NCBI GenBank assembly: GCA_000934665.2
Contig: KZ538050.1
Span: 62,001 to 126,000, forward strand
Direction of reading: 5' to 3'
Length of the DNA stretch: 64,000 bases
Source of the DNA: Catajapyx aquilonaris
Lineage: Eukaryota
Positions 15,301-27,319 of the stretch are shown here, piece after piece. A program made the position numbers and the translations under genes. Position 1 is the first letter of the stretch. Each line of letters opens with the position of its first letter. The notes below the pieces were generated by a model. The model was not told the origin of the DNA, searched no databases, and saw nothing but the letters and a program-made list of their open reading frames with translations.

Positions 15301-15938
15301 GCATCATGCTAGTAATAATTAAAAAGTGCCATTAACACCACTCTAATGACCATATAGTGTCTTTCATTATTCTGCATGATGACGGTTGGTTGCCGTTTGC
15401 TTCTGATACAGAGTTTCTTGAAGGATCGATTCGTTTTCACACCATACGGGGCCATACCATGAATTTTGAACCTCTCCTGATTTTATTTATTGAGCTGCCT
15501 TGAGGAACTAGCAAATGCTGAATAATCCAGACATTTAAAGAAAAGCAACTCTAACATGTAAATATTCAATTGCATGGTTATCTGGGGCAAGAGTTATAGT
15601 CGAATCTTGGAAATGACAAAACTGTATATGGGCAAAGTAGTGATTTATTGCGTTATAAAACTGATCCTTGGCAATTGTAATGAGGTCCTAGAACCTAGAC
15701 CCTTCCATCAGCCATCACCAGAGGTGACCCAGAGTTGACTTTGCCCTCTTTCAAACAGCACCACTCTCTGCTCCTAGGAATTCTGCATACCTGGTGATGC
15801 CCTGAATAAAAATGTTACTTGTTCAGTTATTACTACCAATAATTCAATGAATTAACTTTGGAATTCATGGATTTTTGCAGTGAATATAAAAAACTGCTAA
15901 TATTACCCACGACATTATTCAGTTAATGGTCACATACC

Positions 15939-16133
15939 TTACTCATTATCGTAGTCCGAATCTGAGAGATCGTCTATGTTTAAGCGGCGGCTACACGTCA
16001 TGTTGGAGAAGGCCTCTGTCAGCTGGTCTATTTCATCCTCTCCAACTTTGGCTTTGATCTTCAAACCCAGCTTCTCAGCCAGCAGGCGGTAGATGACGGT
16101 AGCCGCACGGCTGAAAACTCTCCAGAAGATCAT
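15939..16133 (-). CDS. Candidate nested antisense small protein (64 aa), function unknown
   Basis: ACCATG start context; the ORF looks GC-richer than its flanks. Donor G|gtatgt lies 1 nt after the stop, acceptor tttttattcag at 15802, AATAAA at 15644-15649 on the - strand. Confidence 0.45.
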   Translation of the reverse strand: MIFWRVFSRAATVIYRLLAEKLGLKIKAKVGEDEIDQLTEAFSNMTCSRRLNIDDLSDSDYDNE

Positions 16134-17222
16134 GGTAGTAATCGTGGGGACAACGGGTATGATCTGGTCTATCTGTCTAATCTATCATAGGTTGTGATTG
16201 TTATGATGGCCGTGGTGATGGATACCTTTATGTAAACAACCGTATCTGAGCTGCATATGCGAAATACCATCAAACTACTGAACAATTTGGCAGGATTGGC
16301 ACTCCTGCAAGGTAATTGTTGATACAGTATGTATGACGCTGAGATCAGAAAATATTCTTATACCTCTGCATTAATATAATTTTTGTTCCTCCCAGTCTCT
16401 TTCCGTACATGCAATGAAAATGGACGTTTAATACCACAACTTGACTGAAAAAATAATGAGGTTAACAATAAAATCACTGTATATTTTCCTCTCTGGTGCC
16501 ATTAACACCAGCTTGTCCAATCCGCAACCTGCCCTTCTAGCTTTTAAACGCAATTTTGATTATTATCTTCCCTTTCACATTATGTTCTTCAATTATCAAT
16601 CCATGTGTGTACTGTCAACATCAAAGTGGGCGCAAATATCCCATTTGGACCTACCGTAAACAAAAAAAAATATGGCTGGCCATATATATTTCATAAGCAA
16701 TCGCATTTGCAGTGTGTGTATTATTATGACGACGCGTATGTGTTGACCCAACTCAAACAAATAGTCATAATTACTGCATCAGTGTCCCACCAGTCACATT
16801 CTAAAAAAATCATCCTCGTTTGTATTTTGATGAAGGTGCAGTTAACGTTCCACTTGCATCAAAACCTGCAGCTTAGGAATAACAGCTCTAGAGATAACTG
16901 AACACTATACGCAACTTGGCTGCGGGGAAATCCGAGCGAGATTGTTTGAATAATGACCTCGGAATGTTTTGGAATTAGTTGAAGGAGCTTGTTGGTGGGG
17001 TGGGAACCTTAATGACTGGCCTGGGCTCCGACGATTATTATGGCAGATGAGAAATGAAGCCCAACTCCGTCTCCAACCATCTTGGTACCTACCTATTCGC
17101 ATCTTGGAAGGAAAGCACCGGTTTGCCTCAGCCCAACCATTTTTCCCTTTTCCTAATTTGTTTGGAGCATCTCAGCATATCCCATAGGATATCAACTTTG
17201 TTCATCCACCCCCCCCCCCCCC

Positions 17223-17539
17223 NNNNNNNNNNNNNNNNNNNNNNNNNNNNNNNNNNNNNNNNNNNNNNNNNNNNNNNNNNNNNNNNNNNNNNNNNNNNNN
17301 NNNNNNNNNNNNNNNNNNNNNNNNNNNNNNNNNNNNNNNNNNNNNNNNNNNNNNNNNNNNNNNNNNNNNNNNNNNNNNNNNNNNNNNNNNNNNNNNNNNN
17401 NNNNNNNNNNNNNNNNNNNNNNNNNNNNNNNNNNNNNNNNNNNNNNNNNNNNNNNNNNNNNNNNNNNNNNNNNNNNNNNNNNNNNNNNNNNNNNNNNNNN
17501 NNNNNNNNNNNNNNNNNNNNNNNNNNNNNNNNNNNNNNN
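17223..17539. other. Assembly gap
   Basis: N run flanked by poly-C on the left and poly-G on the right. Confidence 0.99.
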
Positions 17540-20500
17540 GGGGGGGGGGGGGGCATTCATTTATAATTATGCTGAATACGTTATCTGAACAAAGTGATTC
17601 CAATGGGAATTAGTTTTGCAAAGACATCCGGATTATTTCCGCTTGCTGCCTGGATTAAATATAATTTCTAAGGATTATCACAAATGGAGGAAGGAAAGGG
17701 TGCGGGTGGCTCAGCCTATGGACGAATCTCTGCAAGTCAACCGGTGCGGAATAAAGGTATTAGCATCTACCAATTTAGTATTTAGGCCATTTTTAGAACT
17801 TGAAGAACTTGAGGGGAAAGACAGGGATTAACCGGTAAGATTGTACAAAATGTGTTATCAAGCAATCGCACAATTGATTGCCGATTAAACCATAATTAAG
17901 CGGCGAGGACACGTAAAATTAAAATTTGTGGAAAGGGTCACATCGCTCTCAATATATTCGGTTAGGAAACTAAGCATGGAAGGTTAGACCCAGAAAATGT
18001 GAATTACTCGCCCGACCGAAACCACATAATTAAAGTTGCGGGCATGCTTCATTTCGAGGAAGATACCATTATGTTGCAACATTTACCACATCCCGTGTAA
18101 TCTCGTAAAAGACCGTCGATGGAAAGTCTCCGGATTACCCTCGGGCTTTACTGCTAGGAACATTACACACACAAAAAAAAAGAATCAGAAGCAGAAAATG
18201 AACCGAACAGTAAGTACTAGAGCTCAACGAGTTTCCGCAGAAAATAAAAATGCGTAATAATTAGAGGGGACTCGAGCCGCAGTAACATGAGCCGAGGTTT
18301 CTACGAGCAAAACATCTCGACACTTTATGGAGCACTTGCAGTTGGCAGCAAATAAGCAGTTGTGGCTTGCGGGATGTATGTGGGCGTCAGGAGGGCAAGG
18401 CAACGAGTGCGAAACACTTAGCATTGCGGTCTAACTCGGCGGCGAATGAGTCCCGGAGGCGTCTGTGGAAAGATAAGACTTCGGGTCCGAGGCTACCGGA
18501 TTTCTGACTTTCCTTTTCCTACAGGTTGTGCGTTCTGACGCCTGCCAACCCCAGGTATATTTATCCTTGCCAGCAGGTGTCGTGAAAAATCGCCTACCGT
18601 CACGGAGAATGTCCTTATCTGCACCACTTGACACCAACATCATTCGAAAGTCTCAACCAAAAAGGGTGGCATATTTTTCCTTCCTGAGTATGTCACAAAC
18701 GTGATCAACACCTGTATGAGTGCTTGAGGGTTTTTTTTTCTCTTCAAAGATTTTGTCGTTGCCAGTCCGGTGGTCCAGAATGCGCATTACATAGAGTTTT
18801 GATGAACCACCAGGGACGTACACTGGATGGGTCCCAAGCTACTAGGAAAATATTTGCTTAGGCAAATTCCAATCTAAGCCAAACGAGACTTTGCACAGCG
18901 GGATTCAGGCAGTTTGGTCGGGATTCGGAGAGTGTGCAGCCTACAAAATATACCTGAGTGTAGATATAGATATACTGAAAAGTAGAGGGGGGGTGGTAAA
19001 GGAAAAGGGGGATGCACAATAAACTGCGCATGTTGGAGGAGTTTTGCCGACTTGTGCAAGTAACCCGATTAGCCGGCCTTTGATGGCAAGCCTACCCTTT
19101 CGAAATATATCTCCCAGCCAGGTCACTCATCATAATTCGTAAAGGGGGTGTGTGGTAATTTCAGCCGGACAAGCTTTGATGTTGAGCTGGATTTTAATTC
19201 GAGGAAACTCTGCGGCAGATCCCTCGTGATTTACCCCCTGCATCGAGCCTTATCTTGAGTGTCACACAATATGGAGAGAGCGAGCAGTGGAATTCTAGCT
19301 TCCTCCTATTCAGCTTGGAACCACAAAAACAAGGGTTCCCCCTCTCTCTGGTGGTATAGTCTTCGATCTACACGTTTCCCCTCGCGATCAACATATACAT
19401 TGTGCACGATGTTTGCTTCAAGGGATCCTCACGCGTGCTGCCAATGAATGTTGACCGCACTCGACACTTGTTCGTTAACCGGCATTTGCTGGCTAACTTT
19501 CAGGGTTTCCCAATTATGGTGTCACATCAGATACCGGACACTGACATTTACGCGCCTCTATTGATTTAAATCCAAGTCTTGCATGTTCCAGATTAATACT
19601 AGGACAAAAGCAGAGGCTCGTAATTTGCGGCAGTCGAGGCCCCCACCGCCGAATATCGAATTCTGGGCACCGCCTTCAGGGTGGGATAGTGGTTGGGGAG
19701 AGGAGATGGGGGAGTGTGCCCTCTTTACCTGTGCCAAGGTTGCCACGACTTTCAGGTGAAGCTCAGGCACACGCTATTCATTTGGAATCCGTTCTAAAAG
19801 TCAGGCCAAACGGGTTCCCCGCCGCATTATTGTGTGACCGTGATGTATTGGTTTTCGATAATTCAAATATCGCGGTGGTTTTCCCCATCCCACCCCCTCC
19901 TCCCTACCATCCAAAATCGATGCTGATAAGTCTATTGATTGGAAGACTAGGCACATAGTGTATGTGTGCCTGATAGTGGAGTCGGAACTACATTAAGTCT
20001 GACAGGGTACAACAAGTAGAAGCAGGTTGCTCTGCAGCGAGAGCTCCAGCCTCTTCTAATTGGTGGGCCTAATTCATAGCCTACCTTCACTCTCCCCAGC
20101 CGCTCCAGTTCCCTGGGAAGCCTCGGAAAATTAGGCCTGCTGCATCCTCTCCGATATGCAATATACATGCGACCATTAAAATAGGCTAATGTATCAGACC
20201 ACCCAGTGCATCATGGGAAGAGGCCGCAGGCCGCACAGCCTCACTTACGGAATGAGTTGTGGTCTGAAAGTTGCCAGAAGCGGCAGCATTTCTCCCACTT
20301 TACATATATGCATGCCGGTAACTTTGAAATCGGAATGGACTTGTAAAGCAATTGGAGGTCGTGGCATACGGGTCAAGTCGTGTCCTGGGGGATCTGAGCC
20401 GCCCCTTTTACTATGATAATACAATACTCCAGAAGCGTTTGTTGGGTAAAGTAGAGCCACTTTCTGCTGCTGTTGGTGGTGGTGAGTGATAAATTCGAGT

Positions 20501-23500
20501 GACATCCTTTTCCATGGTGGCGTCGTTTTCACAAAACAGCCGTACGCCTTCTCCGAGGGCAAATCCTACATGTCATCAGTCATTCTCTTTCCTTCCAACG
20601 TCCATACATGGAAACATGCTAATAGACTCATGGAAGTGATAAATGGTGGAAATGATGAATGAGCCAGGTCCTATCTTTCCCCAGTGTTAGTTGGCCGCGT
20701 GCGAATTTATCACATTCTAGGGGCTCCCACAGGTTTATCGTAACAGTCGTACAACAAGCCACTACGGAATTTATCTTGCCCGCCCACAACTCAAAAAAAA
20801 GACAAACACTTGGTTAATGGCGGGTGAAAGATAGCCCAGGGCTTAGTCTCTTTCATCAATTCTTTTCTCCCCGGAATAAATTTAGTAAGGGCAAAGTGAT
20901 TGCACGAATCCTGGTAAAACTTTGATCGATCTCACGCCAAGGTCGGGGTGTTATTTTCAAGATGGGGGAGAAGGAGGATAATTCGAGTAAAACCGCACAA
21001 GTTTCGTGCACTGATGCATCTACCAAGAAACCGAGTTCAAAATAATGGAATCTTGCATTGGGAATCAGGAAAGGGCGCTCTATATATACGGTAACAGGTC
21101 CCCGGCAAATTAAATATGAAAGTTGTAATTTCCGGAGTAGGACGTTCAGGGGGAATAGTCTCTCTCATGTCATGTGTTCCAGGGTTTCATAGTTTGCAGT
21201 TTCACAAATTGAATTAAGCAAGAGTCACGCTCAACACTGTTTCAATCCATGGAGTTTCAAGTTACTTTTAGTCCATCCTGTGTGTATGTGTGTTCGCCCC
21301 ATGAGTTTGAAGGCTAGGATCGACAATATTAATTGGTAGCATCAGGTTCATTATGAACACAACCAACTAACAGGATTACAAGGTGGGACTCCACAAGAAG
21401 CCAACATCACATACTCGTCTATTCAATGAATATACACACACAACCAGGCCAAAAACCAAAAGCCCAGGCCTGGGCGCATGAAACCAAAGCGTCGGTAGGC
21501 TCTCCCCAAGATGAAATCCGCTTTGGGCAAACAAGCTTCCCTTTCCCTGGGTTTATCCTGGGAAGAATTTGCATGACTTTTGCATTTGGGGCCGTGCCGA
21601 GTTCCTGGGTAAGGCGCCCGCAGGCAAGGTAGTTGGGTCAGCGATGGCTGGTGCTGGTCTGAAGCAACAAAAGTTGATGCCTTTGCTCGCTAAGGCGATT
21701 TGCAGCCCAAGGGTAAAAAGGAGACTGCTCTTGACTCAAGTCACTAGGAAGAGCCAGCCGTGGGTGGCGAATGGAAGAAGCGCATTGAAGAAACCTTGGA
21801 TAAAAAAAATATAAAGAGTCTGAAGGCGCCTTGCGGGCAATGAATTATGGGAGCCATCTCAGGCCGAGTCGCTTTTCTCTTCAACTCTCGTAAAGACCAA
21901 TTCTTCCTGCAAGACCAATGAGTCGGGGAATGATCCCGGACGCTGCACCCTGTGGCGCTCAGAAATATAGCAAATGACGCCGCGCCGTTCAGAGAGCGGT
22001 GCAGATTTACATTTTTTTTTTTTATCTGGTGCTTCCGGTGTGTGTAGAGAGAGGAGGAGTAGTAGCGCCATGCAAATTTGCCGCGTCACCCGTGCACTTT
22101 TTCCTGGCCCTTGTTTCCGGTTTAACAAATTCCCACGCCCGTTCTCTCCTGCTGCGTGCTGTTTTTGTAAATGGATTGAGGGGAGAAACCGCTAGTTTGT
22201 TTGCAAAAGTGATGAGGGCTACAATTGGGACGGGTGAAACAGTTGTGGAAAAAAAAAATCTGCACTGGAGAAAATGGAGCAATTGTCTGGCCATTTTCGA
22301 CACTCGCACCAGGCTATTTTGCAGCTATGTCGACCCTCTCCCCTCCCTTTGTGTGCTATATGTATAGAGTGAAGACGTAGCTAGGGGTGTCGTGTACTCA
22401 CGTCATATGCTATAGTTGGCTGATGTGTAAGTAACATGAAGGCACCCCCTCGGAATATTGAACAAGTTTGTGCCTATTGTTTCGTGACCTTCCTAGCAAT
22501 GGTGCAGTGCAAGCAAGTGTGGAATTATAAGCAATTCAAGAGGCAACTTCACCCTATACTTTTCACCCAGTAAGCAAAAGTCGTAATGCAAGCCAAAAGG
22601 AGAAAGTAGCGCCACGTGCACCGCGACTCATATGAATTATACAGCTGATGAATTTCCCAGCTTCCCATGTTTCACTCTTGCTTGCCTTAAATTATGCAGG
22701 AGTGACTGTTATTTCTTGCTGAATTGCTGCAGTAGGTAGTACCTTCTGGCACTGAAGTTTCCAGGTGTAATTATAGAACAAAGGAAAGTAACGCCCCGGA
22801 CTAGTTGAATCACTTTGTGGAGGGAGATTTGTTCGAAACTTGTCAGAGCATTGGGGACGGTTCAAGTGATTTGAAATTCTTCCTTTCCCGTTCACTGAAA
22901 GGGTTTTTTTTCTACTTCTTTTTCACCCCCCACCCCTATCCTCACCCCTCTAGAAATTCTTGGCACCTTTGCAGGAATGTGTAGAACGATACCATTCAAA
23001 GAGGGGAATATTTTCCAGTAACCCGAGTAGAATTTGGAAGGTTGCACGTTCACTGCTGCGTTCCCCACTTGAGGAATTAGGAATTCCAATAATGGAATAA
23101 TCGGCTGAAAGATTCCAAAAAGTTCGCTGCGGGCCATTCGAAGGCAAGTCATTCCGGAAAGCCTTCCGATTTCAACCCTGCTCGGATGTCTTCCCTCTCC
23201 ATCCAATCAAAGAATCATTGCGCACGACGGATGTACACACCTCGGAAGCGAAGAACTGGCTCTCTCCCTGTGTGTGCACGATACGTATTCATCGATTGAA
23301 CGTCGCGGGTCACGTGAATCGGGTTGTCAAGGATGCGCGGACTTGGCCGTGTCTTCCGTGACATTTTCCCAAAAGTTCCGTGCAGCATAGTAAATAAAAG
23401 AGTGGGCTTTTGGGGAAAAGAAGAGCTCTTTTCCCCCGGATGGAATGACTAATACCTAGCAGAAGGGGCTCGTAGGGTGTTACTGGAATCATAGCCATGA

Positions 23501-23636
23501 TTGAAATGGTTCAAGTCCCCTATTCTTCCTGATTGAAAGCACCTCTTGCCTTCAACAGCCCGCCAGGGGACACTTTGGCCAATGGGGTCCTCACCTTCCC
23601 TCTTTTTTATACTACAATCCTCTTCTTCTTTTGCAG

Positions 23637-23734
23637 ATCCACCAGACATTGACGTTGAACGCAGTTGGATCCACTCTGGCGAAGGCTACGAAGCTGAGTT
23701 GGTGTGCATTGTTCACGCTGAGCCTCCAGCCAAC
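23637..23734 (+). CDS. Ig-superfamily gene exon: first half of the last Ig domain
   Basis: Polypyrimidine tract plus ttgcag acceptor; gtaagt donor. (Y)PPDIDVERSWIHSGEGYEAELVCIVHAEPPAN; phase 1 to 0. Confidence 0.93.
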
Positions 23735-26151
23735 GTAAGTGCTGACGCCCCCCCTTTTGTTTCGCACTGGCAGACGTCGCTGAATAGTCCGGGTTAATGC
23801 ATTTATGATATAGCAAACTTTACTTCCTAACCCAAGTTTTGTCATTATCGCCCAAAAAGGGGCTAGTGACGTGGCTACGACTACATTGTGAGATCAGACC
23901 TGACTAAGTCATCTCTCCTGACTCCCTAGTCACTCAGGATCGTGGTCCAACAGTTGCCAACAATTTATTAGACTAGCCTCGTATCCGGCTGTCTCACGAC
24001 TGAATTGCAACGAAGGTCTACCCCGCGCATCCACGCCATCTCTTGGCAAAACTAACTCCCATCTTGCATATGCGGAGGATGTCACAACATATCCAATATT
24101 TTTTGCACCCAACCACCCCCGCCTTTGTCGCTAACATGCTCCCATGGTGCAGAAGCGTTGGGGGCTCTGAAATAATAGCCGGCCCGTGGTAAAGGTGAAA
24201 GTCCACCCATTTACTTCCTCATCAACTCACTTCAATTTATCGAGTCAGTCGAGCCGAAAATGGCCATCAGAAACAAGGGACGAGTAATAATTGTTTCCTC
24301 CCAAAGCCTATAATTATATGCACCCGTTCAGGGGGTTGGCGACATTTTGGACCCGATGTCCCCCCAAAACCAACTTGGGGAAAGGGGGTGTCCCTTTTCG
24401 TGATGGAGATGAGATTTCGGGTCGATATTAGGTCTTCGCATCGGAAACTCCATCAGGGTCACCATTCAAGCTAGGGAGGCAGGTTGTCAGTAAAGGATTT
24501 CTTTGCGTGTTCTTCTCGTTTCCTTGCGTACACACTCTTCCTTCCGATACTAAAGAGGAACTGGCCTTTGGTAACTTGGTTCCAGGCTTTTGCAGGGCTT
24601 TGGCCTTTTGCAGACTTCGTGCGGTATAAATACGGCTGAGTAAACATCCGGGCTGGTAAAAGGCTTCACAAAGCTATACACAGCATCATACCTAATAGGC
24701 TCGGGGCTCGCAACTTCTGTTAGACATAATATTGTCGTAATTTGAAACACAGATATACACACACACAAAATTTCATATGCACAACATACGCAATGAATAA
24801 TATTAGCCCATCCACCCGTGTATATACACAGCAACGTTTCGTAATATGTGGGGGAGAAAACATTGATCTGTGCCAGTTTGCACTTTGCCGTGGCATCACA
24901 AGACAATTAATTTACCCTCAGTGCACACACCCTTTGCAATGATTAAAACTGGCGCGTTGAAAAATAATTTCTGCAAACAGCCTGTATGGCAATAACATGT
25001 TCATATTTAATACGCCGCCAGTAGGTGTTGGTGCATTTTCAATGAATACCATGCAGTACATTTAACCACTCTTGCCCTGCAGAGCCAGTGTTACTAATTG
25101 ATTGCTACACCCCCCTTGTTTTTCTGTACTAAACCTGTTTTAAAAAACCGGGCCTAGAGAGAAGCAGAGTCTTGGAAGGTGGCGGCATCGACCACGTTAT
25201 TCTCCACTGATTGAAACGTCAATATTCATTTCTACAAACTGTTTATTATGGGACCGGCGGATGTTCTGGACGTGGCAGCGGCGCAGCCCGTGGTTACATC
25301 GCGTCTAGTCCTTCTAACAGCGACGCCCTGGCTGCTTCCAGGTCGATAAGACAATAATTGCTGTCACCCACACCTGAAGAGCTCCTGACAGAGGGAATGA
25401 TAAGACGTTGGAAGTCAATTCGGGTAGTGCAGCAGGAGACTCCCTCAGATTTGGACCAACACTGTATCATTGTTGGCGGCAGGGGTCTTAAGCTGGGGAG
25501 GGGGAGGGGGGGTTACGTGTGCCATTTTTTGGGCAGGCCTCGTCAGCCGATTTGCTCTCGATAAGAAAGCACTCATCAAACTCTAATTAATGTAGGGCAA
25601 ATGATCGGCCTGAGGGAGATTGATTGGCTGGAAATGAACAGTTTGTTCTGGACGGAAGGGCCCAGATGGGGGCATGAAGTAGAAACCGTGGGGGTTTGCT
25701 AAAAAGTCACCCCCGCCCTTTTGCTCCTTGTTTTTTTGGGACTTTGGTTTACCTCTACCGCCTTCCAAATTACCAGTTTGGCGAATGATTCATCCGGTTT
25801 TGGATACACGTGCGCTATACTGTAGAAAACCCTCCCTTAGGAATAAATAGCATCTCGGGTATTTTCCTATAGGAATCCCACATTTTTGCGCAGTGATACA
25901 CTCATTTTCACTTAGCCCAAAAGTAGGGGGGAAAAATCAATGATGATGGGGTCGGAAAGCATAGGGATAGGGATAAATGCTTGACATTAGGCTGTGTGCG
26001 GGGACTAGAGACAAATAGGTGTAATTTGGCACGTGCAGAGCCACTATGCCTAATGTCGCAGAAGGGTCCTTCAGTGGGCAATTCATTCTCCCAAGACGGT
26101 TGTGGGGAACACTTCTGGGGTTGACCATGGACAATATATCATCGGTCAGGG

Positions 26152-26204
26152 TTCCTTCCTTCCTTCCTTCCTTCCTTCATTCCTTCCTGTTCCTTCCTTC
26201 CTTC
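26152..26204. repeat. (CTTC)n microsatellite, imperfect
   Basis: ttccttccttccttcc... tract. Confidence 0.85.
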
Positions 26205-27149
26205 TCACATAGGACTAGGCTGCAAACAAGACGGGAGATTCAGCCCCTCACGTAATTACAACCGCACGTCGTTTATAATGGCGTACGAGAAGCTTGCTTC
26301 GGACTTTGCGTATTAAAGTCGGCCCCCCAGGTTGGCACCTACGACAGGAGTGGTTCATTTAGATAAACGCGAATCACAGGAATTAAGCTTCAGACGATCC
26401 CTGCGAGAGCCCGCAGAATAATGCAGGAGATATCCCGAGGTGCTATTTTGATGGGCACTAAGTGGCTAGCGGCCTTTGCCATCTCCAAATTCGCATTTTG
26501 TGGCTCCAGCCATGAAAGTCCTTAATTTTAATAGGTCGCACTTGGCCGGGCTAGAGAAACCCACGATTAAAGATGTGCAGTCTGGCATGCAGACTGCTGG
26601 TTGTACCCCTGGCTCAGGGTTGTGGCATATACCCACGTTTTGAATACTTGCATTGTGTTGTTATTGTACGCCTCTTAATTGCGATAATGGAGCTTGGATA
26701 TTCAATACATTGTTAAATTTCGGGGCTATTAATTCATAAACTAATGTTAGTTTACCGCTGCTGAAAAGTGATTTTAAGCCCAAAATGCACACATTGTGGG
26801 GAATTTTTTTAAAAAGGTTTGCGTTGATGTTGGTAGATGAGTCCACTCTAGAGGTCAGTTTTCTGCTGAGCTTGGATGCGGGTCCGGCCTGTCCTGTCTG
26901 ATAGGGATTCTAGCCCAGCTTGTAGATGACTGCCCAAGAAGATAGATTGCCTCTTTCCAGCTTCCAGTCAACTTTTGCTATACCCACTAACCCATTTTTT
27001 CTGGCCCGCTGCGGTCACTCAAAACGATTCCAAGCTATCTTGGATACGGGGGATGAAACTGGTCAAATCGTTAACTTCAGGCGACCAACGGTCTGACTCC
27101 CTGTAATCATTCAGTTCAAATTTAATCCTACTTCTTTTTTAAAAATTGT

Positions 27150-27319
27150 GAAAAATTTCTTGAAATTTCTTATGAAGATTTCTTGAAAATTCTTATGAAG
27201 ATTTCTTGAAAATTCTTATGAAGATTTCTTGAAAATTCTTATGAAGATTTCTTGAAAATTCTTATGAAAATTTCTTGAAAATTCTTATGAAGATTTCTTG
27301 AAAATTCTTATGAAGATTT
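27150..27319. repeat. 23-bp minisatellite, about 7 copies
   Basis: Unit TCTTGAAAATTCTTATGAAGATT repeated almost perfectly. Confidence 0.93.

Noticed and set aside
17054..17603. Long ORFs across N runs, and the many poly-G/C tracts next to Ns
   Set aside because: Assembly artefacts. Every N lies at a G/C homopolymer, consistent with short-read sequencing failure.
27150..27319. CRISPR-like repeat array
   Set aside because: Head-to-tail repeats with no spacers, in a eukaryotic intron.
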